Assembly (NCBI GenBank): GCA_942491345.1
Contig: CALOAN010000044.1
Location: 32,072 to 96,071 of the forward strand
Source: an uncultured actinomycete
Lineage (GTDB): Bacteria > Actinomycetota > Acidimicrobiia > Spongiisociales > UBA5794
Direction of reading: 5' to 3'
Length of the DNA: 64,000 nt
Of this stretch, positions 1 through 9,150 are shown in pieces. Below the pieces are notes generated by a model. It worked only from the letters and a program-made list of their open reading frames with translations. It did no database searches and was not told the DNA's origin. The stretch's first letter is position 1. Each line of letters begins with the position of its first letter. The position numbers and the translations under genes are program-made.

Positions 1-771
1 ATGGCCGATCGCCTCGTTGTCATGAGCCGGACGGCGGCAGAACGGCTCATCCTGCGCTACGGCATCGACGCGGAACGCATCGATGTGATCCCTCACGGAG
101 TCGACACGCGCTTTGCCGGCCCTTCCCTGGTCAATGGTGACCGACCCCTCGTCCTCACGTGGGGATTGATCGGCCCGGGCAAAGGTTTGGAGTCCGTGGT
201 CGAAGCGTTCGCCGGTTTGCTGGATCTGGATCCGCGTCCGCGCTATCTGATTGCGGGGGCCACTCATCCAAATGTGCGTGCGGACTCGGGCGAGGCCTAT
301 CGAGAGAGCCTCATCTCTTTGGTCGACCGCTTCGGAGTCGAAGGCCTGGTCGAATTCGACGACCGCTACCTCGATCGAGCATCCCTTGCCCGCTTGGTAC
401 GCAGCGCCGACCTCGTGGTCCTTCCCTACTCATCGGTCGAACAGGTGACCTCGGGCGTTCTGGTGGAAGCAATCGCAGCCTCCAAGCCGGTGATCGCCAC
501 CCAGTTTCCCCATGCCGTGGAGCTGCTCTCCGGAGGAGCCGGCATCACCGTTCCTCACGGCGACTCCGGGGCGTTGAGCGCTGCGCTCCGACGCCTCTTG
601 ACGGATCAACGTCTGACATCCCGAATGGGCCGGGAAGCTCGCCGGATTGCCGACGGATGGTATTGGCCCGCGATTGGCCGACGATTCGGGTCGATGATGT
701 CGGGCCTCGAACAAACCGACCACGTCGGCCACCAGCAAGCGTCGTTGGAGGTGGCCCGTGTCGCCGGATGA
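1..771 (+). CDS. Glycosyltransferase family 4 (GT-B), C-terminal part; 5' end lies outside the window
   Basis: ORF is open to the window edge. It carries GT-B C-terminal half motifs (PLVLTWGLIGPGKGLESVVEAF; ADLVVLPYSSVEQVTSGVLVEAIAASKPVIAT) and strong GC3 bias. Confidence 0.8.
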   Translation: MADRLVVMSRTAAERLILRYGIDAERIDVIPHGVDTRFAGPSLVNGDRPLVLTWGLIGPGKGLESVVEAFAGLLDLDPRPRYLIAGATHPNVRADSGEAYRESLISLVDRFGVEGLVEFDDRYLDRASLARLVRSADLVVLPYSSVEQVTSGVLVEAIAASKPVIATQFPHAVELLSGGAGITVPHGDSGALSAALRRLLTDQRLTSRMGREARRIADGWYWPAIGRRFGSMMSGLEQTDHVGHQQASLEVARVAG

Positions 772-1852
772 ACGTGGCGAGGCCGCCGCTCATCCGTCTG
801 GCTCCACGTACCGGTCCGCACGGTCGGAGCTGCCGCGCCCGGAATACACTCATCTGCGCCGGCTCACCAACACGACCGGGCTCTGGGAACACGCACATAT
901 CCTGACCCCCCGCGTTGAGCATGGGTTCTGCACCGACGACAATGCGCGTGGCCTTCTCGTCGTGTCGCGAGTGGCGCCACCGTCGACCGAACAGTCGGAC
1001 CTCGCCGCGATATACCTCAGTTTTGTGCTCGATGCCCGCACCGACACAGGCCAGTTTCACAATCGTCGCGACGCCGACGGAAGCTGGATCGACGAAGTCG
1101 GCAGCGACGACAGCCAAGGTCGAGCGTGGTGGGGCCTCGGGACCGTCGCACGATCGGGTCCGGTGCCATGGATGCGGGAGGCGGCCTCCGACGCCTTCGC
1201 CTCCTGCAGCTCCTTTGAGTCCCCGCACTTGCGTGCCAACGCATACGCTGCCCTCGGTGCCGCCGAGATGCTCGCCGCCGATCCCGGCAGCGCCGTCGCA
1301 GGCGAGCTCCTCGAGCGAACCGCTGGGAAGATCGCCGCCGCCGCCAGCGACAGAATCCCCTGGCCGGAAGCTCGCCTCACCTACGACAACGCTCGTCTAC
1401 CCGAAGCCCTGTTGGTGGCGGGCGCCGCTCGCGGTGACCGCCACCTGATCTCGGTCGGCATCCGTCTCCTGGAATGGCTCGTTCGAGCCGAAACCAACCA
1501 CGACCACTTCAGCTTCACCCCGGTCGGCGGATGGGCGCCGGGCGGCCCGCGCCCTGCGTTCGACCAGCAGCCCATCGACGCTGCGGCGATGGCCGAGGCT
1601 TGCTACCGGGCGTGGACCATTACCCACAAGACCGTATGGCGGGAACGAGCCCTGGACGCCGCACGATGGTTCGTGGGACAAAACGACACCGGCATGGTGC
1701 TCTACGACTCCGAAACCGGCGGCACCTGTGACGGCCTGATGCAACACTCGGTCAACGAGAACCGGGGAGCCGAGTCAACGCTCGCGGGAATCGCCGCACT
1801 CCAAGTTGCTGCGCTGTGCTCCATCGGTGACCTCGGGACAGCAGCCTATTGA
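758..1852 (+). CDS. Conserved hypothetical protein embedded in the GT4/GH130 glycan cluster
   Basis: GTG start at 758 overlaps the upstream gene by 14 nt. Its TGA (1850-1852) overlaps the next ATG (TGATG). Codon bias is coherent. I cannot name any motif. Confidence 0.65.
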   Translation: MSPDERGEAAAHPSGSTYRSARSELPRPEYTHLRRLTNTTGLWEHAHILTPRVEHGFCTDDNARGLLVVSRVAPPSTEQSDLAAIYLSFVLDARTDTGQFHNRRDADGSWIDEVGSDDSQGRAWWGLGTVARSGPVPWMREAASDAFASCSSFESPHLRANAYAALGAAEMLAADPGSAVAGELLERTAGKIAAAASDRIPWPEARLTYDNARLPEALLVAGAARGDRHLISVGIRLLEWLVRAETNHDHFSFTPVGGWAPGGPRPAFDQQPIDAAAMAEACYRAWTITHKTVWRERALDAARWFVGQNDTGMVLYDSETGGTCDGLMQHSVNENRGAESTLAGIAALQVAALCSIGDLGTAAY

Positions 1853-3315
1853 TGTCCTCCGTGCCGGTAACCCGCCAGCCTGTAGAACTCGCACCGGACC
1901 CCCGGCGGATCATTGCCAAGCCCTTCCTTGCGGTTGATGATCTCCCTGCCGAAGGAGAGACTCGTATTGCTCACCTGATCGGTCGGATCCTCGATCTCTC
2001 CCACGACGAGGTCACCGCCACCCTGAAGGAGGTTCGGCAGAACTTCCGGCAGCGGCATTCGGACATCGACGCAGTCTTCGAACGTGGATTCTTGGCCGTG
2101 GCGCACCGGGTTCCCGACGCAGCCAACCTCCCCGACGATATGCGTCGGCTCATCGGTGCATACTTCATGCACGAATACTCACTCGAGGGCGCAGCGCTCA
2201 CCAACCCTTCAATCGTGGCTCATCCCGACCAAACCGGCGTGCCCAGCGGCTCACTTCGGGTCATCGTCAGCCTTCGGTCGATCGGAGAGGGCCACATCTC
2301 GTCAATCGAGTTTCGGGCGGGGTTGATTGGGCAGAGCGGAGACATCACCATCGAGCCGCCGGGTGTCCCGATGTCGGGATATCGTCAGTCCCCCATCTTC
2401 GACAAGCCGATGTTCACCGCCAAGCTGGCCGAGATGGGTGCGACCGATGGTCTTGCCCTCCAAACACTGGCCGCCCTCGAGAATCGATTCACCGTGGCGG
2501 ACCTCGACCAGGCACTCGCCGACGTCGCCGCACATGAAGCCTCGCCGAATGCTATTCACCACGTCACGCAGCTCATGCAGTGGCTCGCCTCGTCCAACTA
2601 CGAGGTGGCATTCCCTCGCGAATCCGAACTGTCTCAGCGGGTGCTCTTCCCCAACGGACCGACGGAAAGCCGCGGGATGGAAGACGCCAGGCTCGTTCGA
2701 TTCGTTGCGACGGACGGATCGGTTGTCTACTACGCACCGTACACGGCATACGACGGCTTCAACATCCTCCCGCAACTCATCGAGACGACGGACTTCACGT
2801 CCTTTCGGATCGCCACGCTCAACGGACCGGCCGCCACCAACAAGGGCATCGCCATCTTCCCCCGGCCCATCAACGGACGTTATGCCGCCCTTGGCAGGAG
2901 CGACGGTGAGAACAACTACCTGATGCTGTCCGACCACGTCCGCTTCTGGCACGAGGCCGAACAGATCCAGGTACCGACCCGGCCGTGGGAGCTGATGCAG
3001 ATCGGCAATGCGGGACCGCCCCTCGAAACCGATGCGGGATGGCTCGTGCTCACCCATGGAGTGGGCCCGATGCGGCAGTACGCACTCGGCGCCATCTTGT
3101 TGGATATCGATGATCCGTGCCTCGTACTCGGGCACCTCCGCGAGCCGTTCCTGGTTCCGGACCGGCACGAGCGTGATGGGTATGTACCCAACGTTGTCTA
3201 CTCGTGTGGATCGATCATTCACAACAACCATCTGGTGATTGCCTACGGAGCCTCGGACACATCGTCCCGCTTCGCAACCGTCCCGGTCGATACGCTGCTC
3301 GCTGAGATGACGTAG
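1852..3315 (+). CDS. GH130-like (PH1107-related) glycosidase / glycoside phosphorylase
   Basis: ATG 1852 is coupled to the upstream stop. Segments GWLVLTHGVGPMRQYALGAILLDIDDP and GYVPNVVYSCGSIIHNNHLVIAYGASD resemble GH130 beta-propeller enzymes. The family call is from memory. Confidence 0.72.
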   Translation: MSSVPVTRQPVELAPDPRRIIAKPFLAVDDLPAEGETRIAHLIGRILDLSHDEVTATLKEVRQNFRQRHSDIDAVFERGFLAVAHRVPDAANLPDDMRRLIGAYFMHEYSLEGAALTNPSIVAHPDQTGVPSGSLRVIVSLRSIGEGHISSIEFRAGLIGQSGDITIEPPGVPMSGYRQSPIFDKPMFTAKLAEMGATDGLALQTLAALENRFTVADLDQALADVAAHEASPNAIHHVTQLMQWLASSNYEVAFPRESELSQRVLFPNGPTESRGMEDARLVRFVATDGSVVYYAPYTAYDGFNILPQLIETTDFTSFRIATLNGPAATNKGIAIFPRPINGRYAALGRSDGENNYLMLSDHVRFWHEAEQIQVPTRPWELMQIGNAGPPLETDAGWLVLTHGVGPMRQYALGAILLDIDDPCLVLGHLREPFLVPDRHERDGYVPNVVYSCGSIIHNNHLVIAYGASDTSSRFATVPVDTLLAEMT

Positions 3316-3330
3316 GTCCGACCCGACCGC

Positions 3331-4374
3331 TCACCCCGCGGAGAGGATCTGGTGGTAGAGCGCCAGGTAGTCGTCCACCATCCGTGCCGCGTCGAATCGT
3401 CGCTCGATTGAGCCGCGAACGCCACGGCGGTCGAGCTGGCCGGCATCGGCTGCAGCATCGACCGCTTCGTCGATGCTGGACACCAGGTATCCGTTGATTC
3501 CCGGCCGGATGATCTCGGGCATCGAGCCTCGCGGGTGTGCGATCACGGGCGTCCCACACGCCATTGATTCCACCACGCTGAACCCGAACGGCTCATCGAA
3601 GTCGATCAGGTGCAGCAGCGCTCTGGCGTTGCCCAGGACTTCTTGGCGGCGGCGCGGCCCGACTGGCCCCAGGTAGGTGACGCGGTTCCCGTCGACATGC
3701 GGCTCGACTGCGGTTTCGAAATACTCGTGGTCCTGGATGATCCCGGCGATCACCAACGGGATCCCCGCCTGTTTCGCCACCTCGATAGCGGTAGCGGTCC
3801 CCTTGTCGGGATGGATCCGCCCGAAGAAGACCAAGGAGTCTCCGCCAGGGCCGACCTCGAACGATCCGACATCAATGCCGTGGTGAATCGTGGCCGCGTA
3901 TGGAAGCGCCGGATGGCGGTCCGCGTCGCTGATCGCCACGTACTGGACGCGATCTGCGTATTCGAGATACGCGGGCAAGGTGGCGTCGGAGGCGAATCCG
4001 TGGATGGTGGTGACCACCGGCGTATCGACGAGCCGCGTGTAGGTGAGCGGGAGGAAATCGAAGCTGTTGTGGATCAGATCGAAATCGGCGGCGCGTTCGA
4101 ACACCGCGGCGATGTGCAGCGCCTCCCACGTCTTGGCGTCGAGTGTCGGGTCTTCGGAGTACCCGGTGGGTGCAACGCCCACCAGCCGGGCCGAGGTGAC
4201 CGAATCGGCGGTCGCGAACAGCGTCACGTCAACACCCCGGTCGACCAACCCTTCGGTCAGGAGCGAGGCAAACTGCTCCCACGGCCCGTAGTGCCGGGGA
4301 GGTACCCGCCACGAGATGGGGGCGAGTACCGCGACCCGTAGCCGATCTGAGCTGGGACCCAGTTGGTCAGGCAA
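3331..4374 (-). CDS. Glycosyltransferase family 4
   Basis: GT4-type N-terminus (LRVAVLAPISWRVPPRHYGPWEQ) and E-x7-E region (EPFGFSVVESMACGTPVIA). The 417-aa track ORF reaches 4584 but its first ~70 aa look non-coding. TTG at 4374 is proposed as the start and is uncertain. Confidence 0.8.
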   Translation of the reverse strand: MPDQLGPSSDRLRVAVLAPISWRVPPRHYGPWEQFASLLTEGLVDRGVDVTLFATADSVTSARLVGVAPTGYSEDPTLDAKTWEALHIAAVFERAADFDLIHNSFDFLPLTYTRLVDTPVVTTIHGFASDATLPAYLEYADRVQYVAISDADRHPALPYAATIHHGIDVGSFEVGPGGDSLVFFGRIHPDKGTATAIEVAKQAGIPLVIAGIIQDHEYFETAVEPHVDGNRVTYLGPVGPRRRQEVLGNARALLHLIDFDEPFGFSVVESMACGTPVIAHPRGSMPEIIRPGINGYLVSSIDEAVDAAADAGQLDRRGVRGSIERRFDAARMVDDYLALYHQILSAG

Positions 4375-4388
4375 GTGGTCCGCTGCGC

Positions 4389-4532
4389 TCAGTGTCCGAA
4401 AGTCCGGTCTTCCGCCTGATTCGCCATGCTCTCGGCGGCGAGCTTCTTCGTCCTTATCGCGAGGCGTTCTTCGGTGCGGTTCTTGGCGGCCGCCTTCCCG
4501 CCGTTCGTGCTGCGTTTGTCCTTGGTAGCCAT
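4389..4532 (-). CDS. Small basic protein, 47 aa (MATKDKRSTNGGKAAAKNRTEERLAIRTKKLAAESMANQAEDRTFGH), below the ORF-track size cut-off
   Basis: ATG at 4532-4530 is preceded by AGGAGG 5 nt upstream (ccAGGAGGcactgATG). Codons are mostly GC3. TGA at 4391-4389 lies 15 nt before the proposed GT4 start. Confidence 0.4.
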   Translation of the reverse strand: MATKDKRSTNGGKAAAKNRTEERLAIRTKKLAAESMANQAEDRTFGH

Positions 4533-4776
4533 CAGTGCCTCCTGGCCGGCAACCGGAATCGATTGCCACAGGCCATTGTCTCACACTCGGAACCTCTTTC
4601 TCTGCCGCAATTCGTCGAGGTCACCGTCGAAGAACAACGGCAAACCGGCACGCCCGAGCGCTCGTGATTGAGTGAGGTGTTCCGAACGAAGGTCGGTGGA
4701 CACGTCGAGCGACCGAAACCTATGGTCGACGCGACTCGATGCACGGAGCGTCGTCCAACCCGGGGAGGTGGCGCAG

Positions 4777-5139
4777 ATGGCCACGAATGCCGCCGTCGCA
4801 AGGATCTGGCATGGCTGGACCACGGTCGACAACGCCGACGCCTATCAGTCGATCGTAGAGGGCGAGGTGTTCCCTGCGATCTTCGAGCGTCGTATTTCCG
4901 GTCTGCAGAGCGCCCAGCTGATGCGAGCCGACGATGTCGTCGACGGGGAGGTTGAGTTCACCACGATCATCTGGTTCGAGAGCCTCGACAGCGTCAAGAA
5001 CTTCATGGGTGAGGACTATCGCCGAGCCCACATGCCCGAGAACGCCCGAGCTGTCTTGAAGCGGTTCGATGCCGAAGCGAAACACTTCCACATCTTCGGC
5101 TCCTTCGCCCAGCCATCAAGAGTAAGCGGTGGCAAATGA
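4777..5139 (+). CDS. ABM/Dabb-like (antibiotic biosynthesis monooxygenase fold) small protein
   Basis: ATG 4777 is preceded by GGGGAGG. The protein is 120 aa with an ARIWHGWTTV...EFTTIIWFESLDSVKNFMG pattern typical of ABM-fold proteins. Its stop overlaps the next start. Confidence 0.65.
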   Translation: MATNAAVARIWHGWTTVDNADAYQSIVEGEVFPAIFERRISGLQSAQLMRADDVVDGEVEFTTIIWFESLDSVKNFMGEDYRRAHMPENARAVLKRFDAEAKHFHIFGSFAQPSRVSGGK

Positions 5140-5804
5140 AGACGATGGTGTTCGATGTCAACGAGACGCTGCTCGACCTGCGAGCGATGGCGCCGCGATT
5201 CGATGCGGCGTTCGGGTCCACTGATCTGCTTGCTCCCTGGTTCGGTCAGCTGCTCCGCCATTCGCTCGTAGCCACAGTGACCGGCACATACGCACCATTC
5301 GATGTGCTCGGTGTCGACGCGTTGCAGCTTGTGGCCGCAAAGGCCGGCATCGGCCTATCCGAACCGGGCGCGGTGCATGTCGTGGATGGGGTGCGGCACC
5401 TGCCGCCACATCCGGACGTACGACCGGCGATCACCCGACTGCGCGACCACGGCTTCCGCGTCGCCACGTTGACGAACTCGCCGCCGCATCTGCTCTCCGC
5501 TCAGCTCACCAACGCCGAGATCGCCGATCTGTTCGACGTGACGCTGACGGTAGAGCCGGTTCGCAAGTTCAAACCACACCCGCACACGTATCGGTCGGGT
5601 GCCGAACGTCTCGGCATCGACATCGGCGAGATGCGCCTTGTCGCCGCCCACGATTGGGATGTGACCGGAGCGATTCGAGCCGGAGCGGCCGCTGCATTCG
5701 TTGCCCGGCCCGGCATGGTCCTGTCACGAGCCAGCGAAACTCCCGATATCGTCGGACCGGACCTCGAAACCGTCGCCGCCGCCATCATCGACATCGACGG
5801 CTGA
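5136..5804 (+). CDS. HAD-superfamily hydrolase, haloacid dehalogenase type II-like
   Basis: HAD motif I (VFDVNETLLDL), TNSP, K-x-KP, and a C-terminal AAHDWDVTGA motif. Confidence 0.8.
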   Translation: MKTMVFDVNETLLDLRAMAPRFDAAFGSTDLLAPWFGQLLRHSLVATVTGTYAPFDVLGVDALQLVAAKAGIGLSEPGAVHVVDGVRHLPPHPDVRPAITRLRDHGFRVATLTNSPPHLLSAQLTNAEIADLFDVTLTVEPVRKFKPHPHTYRSGAERLGIDIGEMRLVAAHDWDVTGAIRAGAAAAFVARPGMVLSRASETPDIVGPDLETVAAAIIDIDG

Positions 5805-5977
5805 CCCGCCAGTCAACTGCCGGAGCCGCACGAATGCGTTTGATGGTCCTCTGCTGCGACCTGGCTCGCCCGGGGTGCCCGGATCGGCGAACGGCCGGTG
5901 GTCGCTCAACTAAAATCCTTCTGGCTCAGGGGCGGGTGGCTTCCGAGCCCGCGCTGGACCGGCCGGGATTCGGGGGG

Positions 5978-7363
5978 TCAGACGGTCTTGGGAGCTGAGG
6001 TCGATTCGTTTGCCAGGACGTAGAGGCCTACCGGACCTGCGACGTTCTTGAGGGTCCGCTCGCCGACGAACGAGGCATCGAAGCCTTCCTTGTTCTTCAG
6101 GTTGTCGTAGACCGCCTTCGTGAATCCGATTTCGCCCGCGTTCACCTCAGATTGGATGCGGGAGGCGATATTGACTCCGTCGCCGTGGACATCGCCGTCC
6201 GTGAGCACAACCTCGCCGAGGTGAATGCCGATCCGGACTTCGAACCGACCGTCGCGGCCGACGGCGGATTGGATTTCCTGTGCGCAGGCGACTGCGCTCG
6301 ACACAGACTCGAAGCTGGCCAGGATGCCGTCACCAAGCTTCTTGAGCAGCGTTCCGTTGTTGCGGGAGATCGCAGCGGTATGGATCTCGTCGTTGGCTCG
6401 AACGATTCTGAGCGTCGCCTCCTCGTCGGCTCCCATGAGCGCGGTGTAGCCGACGATGTCCGAGAACAAGATGGCGGCGAGCCTGCGAGCCGGACCCTTC
6501 TGGCTCGGAGTCCGGATCGCTTCGTCGAGGTAGTGACGCTTGCCCCGTTGGGCGTTGTGATACTCGTCGGGCGACAAGATGTTCTCGTCGAGCTCGAAAT
6601 CTGTTCGCAGCAGGTTGTCGATGAACGCGTCGAGGCGAGCTCCACCTTCTGCGGCGACCTCGCGGATGAAACGGGTATCGACATTGATACAGACGGCGCC
6701 GACAAGTCCATACTCGGCACGGAAGATCGGGACGGTGGTGCACTTGAATTGGCGCGACCCGATGTTCAGTTCGTAGTTGACCTTGTCGGTGCCCTGTTGG
6801 CGCCGAGTCTTCAGGTCGAGAACGAGGTTCGTCGCACCACTGCCGACACTGCGTCCTGTGACTTCGCCGTTCTCGATGGCCACCAGCGACCGTGACGGGT
6901 TGACGAGATTGTGGAGGAGAATCTCGATTCCGGTATTCGGAACCGACCGACCGAGCTGACGCACGATGCGCGCGTAGTTCTCGAGGAATACCGTGTTGTC
7001 GTTCACCACGTCGTCGCCCCGGTACTTCGCGTACAGGTCTTTGTAGTTCTGGAGCGACTCGGTGGGGAAGGTGTCTCTGACCAGGTTCTGCTCGCCAATG
7101 ACGATCAGCTCTTTTGCAGCACGCTCGTTCTGTTCGCGGAGCAACTGCGAAACGGCTGCGTTGAACCTGTCGGCGTCGAACTCGACGTGTCCCCGATCAT
7201 TGACGACAAACGGGTAGAAGTCGTACTCCTCGAGGCGGAGTTGGCTCACGTCCGGGGCCTGTGCCGGCGGTGTTCGGGTCCTTCGACCCAGGATGTACGC
7301 GCCAACGCCGACCACCACGACGACGACAACAACGACGATGAATAGGAACAATGTCAGAGCCAT
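5978..7363 (-). CDS. Membrane-anchored class III adenylate/guanylate cyclase with a YheO-like PAS sensor domain
   Basis: N-terminal TM helix with a poly-Val run. Central part has IEILLHNLVNPSRSLVAIENGEVTGRSVG (YheO-like PAS). C-terminus has LAAILFSDIVGYTALMG...KKLGDGILASF...RIGIHLGEVV...GDGVNIASRI (cyclase homology domain). Confidence 0.85.
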   Translation of the reverse strand: MALTLFLFIVVVVVVVVVGVGAYILGRRTRTPPAQAPDVSQLRLEEYDFYPFVVNDRGHVEFDADRFNAAVSQLLREQNERAAKELIVIGEQNLVRDTFPTESLQNYKDLYAKYRGDDVVNDNTVFLENYARIVRQLGRSVPNTGIEILLHNLVNPSRSLVAIENGEVTGRSVGSGATNLVLDLKTRRQQGTDKVNYELNIGSRQFKCTTVPIFRAEYGLVGAVCINVDTRFIREVAAEGGARLDAFIDNLLRTDFELDENILSPDEYHNAQRGKRHYLDEAIRTPSQKGPARRLAAILFSDIVGYTALMGADEEATLRIVRANDEIHTAAISRNNGTLLKKLGDGILASFESVSSAVACAQEIQSAVGRDGRFEVRIGIHLGEVVLTDGDVHGDGVNIASRIQSEVNAGEIGFTKAVYDNLKNKEGFDASFVGERTLKNVAGPVGLYVLANESTSAPKTV

Positions 7364-7449
7364 GGAGCGCCACCCCGGTCGCCAATCTCACCACGCAACC
7401 TACACCGAACCTCACCCATCCGGGCTGCGAACGGTTGTAGGGTCCGTAT

Positions 7450-7866
7450 ATGCAGCGCGTCTCCATCACCGCAGGAGAGTTCACCTTCGGGGGCGTCTTC
7501 GAATCCGACGACGCTCCCGAGACCTGCACCTGGTTTGGCGAGAATCTCCCTTTTGTGAGCAAGGTCATCCATGCGCGCTGGAGCGGCGAAGCGGTGTGGG
7601 TACCTCTCGGTGACCTCGCTTCTGGACTCGCACAGGAGAACCACACCGCGCACCCGTCGCGAGGTGACATCCTCTTCTATCCCGGCGGGATTTCCGAGAC
7701 CGAGATCCTGATCGTCTACGGAAGTGCATCGTTTGCCTCGAAGATGGGCGGCCTTGCCGGCAATCACTTCATCACGATCACCGATGGCCGCGAACACCTG
7801 CCCGGGTTCGGCGAGTACGTGCTCTGGCACGGCGCACAGGACATCACGTTCTCCTCGATCCCCTGA
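7450..7866 (+). CDS. DUF3830-like (cyclophilin-like fold) protein
   Basis: ITAGEFTFGGVFESDDAPETCTWF...HARWSGEAVWVPL matches my recollection of the DUF3830 family pattern. Confidence 0.65.
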   Translation: MQRVSITAGEFTFGGVFESDDAPETCTWFGENLPFVSKVIHARWSGEAVWVPLGDLASGLAQENHTAHPSRGDILFYPGGISETEILIVYGSASFASKMGGLAGNHFITITDGREHLPGFGEYVLWHGAQDITFSSIP

Positions 7867-7971
7867 GGCCAGATCCGCTCATTGCCCGACGGCACACCGC
7901 TCAGCCATCACCATCGAGGAAGCCTGGCACCTCGACCGCCAGACCCGCAGACGTCGACGATGACTCCGGGC

Positions 7972-8412
7972 CTATGCCGCGGCCGCGACGGACGGTGTGA
8001 TCAGGACCGGGACGTGGGAACGGCCGACGAACGACCGCCACCCGCGCCGATTCGCCAACCGCTGGGGCATGACGATGGTCGTTGGGTTTGCCCGTGCGGC
8101 GACATCGAACAGGTATCGGCCCGAGTAGACACTCTCGGTGACGACGGCCGACGCGCCCTCGTTGCCGAGGCGTGATGCATACGTTGAAGCAAGCCGATCG
8201 AAGTAGATGGCGGTCGCGTCGGGGACGGTGAGATTCTCGGATTCCGCGAAGGCCCGCACGTCGGTCATCGTCTGGCGACTGACCAGCACGACAACGGTGG
8301 CGCGCCCTCCCTCTTTAACAGTCTCTTGAGCGATCTTGAGCGCCGATTCCCCGTCGAGCGTAGGCTCAACGAACGCAACGACATGTTCTTGTGTTTTCAT
8401 GGTTGTCCTCAT
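7972..8412 (-). CDS. Universal-stress-protein-like alpha/beta protein
   Basis: About 140 aa with USP-like layout (VVAFVEPT...ATVVVLV...PVLITP). ATG 8412 overlaps the TetR stop (ATGA). An alternative ATG at 8400 has a GAGGA site. Confidence 0.5.
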   Translation of the reverse strand: MRTTMKTQEHVVAFVEPTLDGESALKIAQETVKEGGRATVVVLVSRQTMTDVRAFAESENLTVPDATAIYFDRLASTYASRLGNEGASAVVTESVYSGRYLFDVAARANPTTIVMPQRLANRRGWRSFVGRSHVPVLITPSVAAAA

Positions 8413-9026
8413 TTTGTGGTTTCTTCGTGGTTGTCTTGGTCACCGGCAGGCCACGGGATTTCGACGATGAGGTCCCACAGGTACTCATCGTCGATCGGGC
8501 CTCCGGAGAGAAGTAGGCGGTAGTAGATGGGGCCGAGAACGTGATCCAAGATCAGGCTGATCTCTCGATCTGATGGGTCCGGGCCGACGATCCGGCGCAC
8601 GAGGCCGGCGGCGATGCTGCGACGTTCAGCCCAGAACTGACGGAACGCTGAAGCCAACTCCGGGTTGCGTGCGGACTCCCCAACGATGCCGGCCAGGATC
8701 GCGCCGAAGTCGGAGCGCGTGTTGAGGCGCACGATGTCTTGGAGGAAGACGAACAGGGCGTACCGGGGGTCGTCATCCGCCCGAACCGGAACGTTCTCGA
8801 CGGCAAGGACTCTGAGGACTTGCTGAACGAGCAACTCCTTCGACTTCCAGCGCCGATACAGCGTGTCTTTGCCGACACCGGCCGTCCGGGCGATCTCATC
8901 CATCGACGTCCCGGTGAAACCCTTGCGCGCCAAGACCGCCCGGGCCGATTCCAGGATGGCTCGGTCGGCAGCAGGGTCACGCGGGCGTCCTCGCCGCGGT
9001 CGCACAGAGGTTGGATTGGTCAACAC
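8409..9026 (-). CDS. TetR family transcriptional regulator
   Basis: N-terminal HTH (ILESARAVLARKGFTGTSMDEIARTAGVGKDTLYRRWKSKEELL-like) followed by a helical ligand domain. Confidence 0.85.
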   Translation of the reverse strand: MLTNPTSVRPRRGRPRDPAADRAILESARAVLARKGFTGTSMDEIARTAGVGKDTLYRRWKSKELLVQQVLRVLAVENVPVRADDDPRYALFVFLQDIVRLNTRSDFGAILAGIVGESARNPELASAFRQFWAERRSIAAGLVRRIVGPDPSDREISLILDHVLGPIYYRLLLSGGPIDDEYLWDLIVEIPWPAGDQDNHEETTK

Positions 9027-9150
9027 CCTCTATACATTACCATACAGTCCTGTTTGATAACTACCTTTCTCGGATTCTTCTCACAGTGCAGATCGCGGGT
9101 GACGCCGGATCGAGGCCCACGATCAATGGTTCGGGACCGGTCTCATCGTC

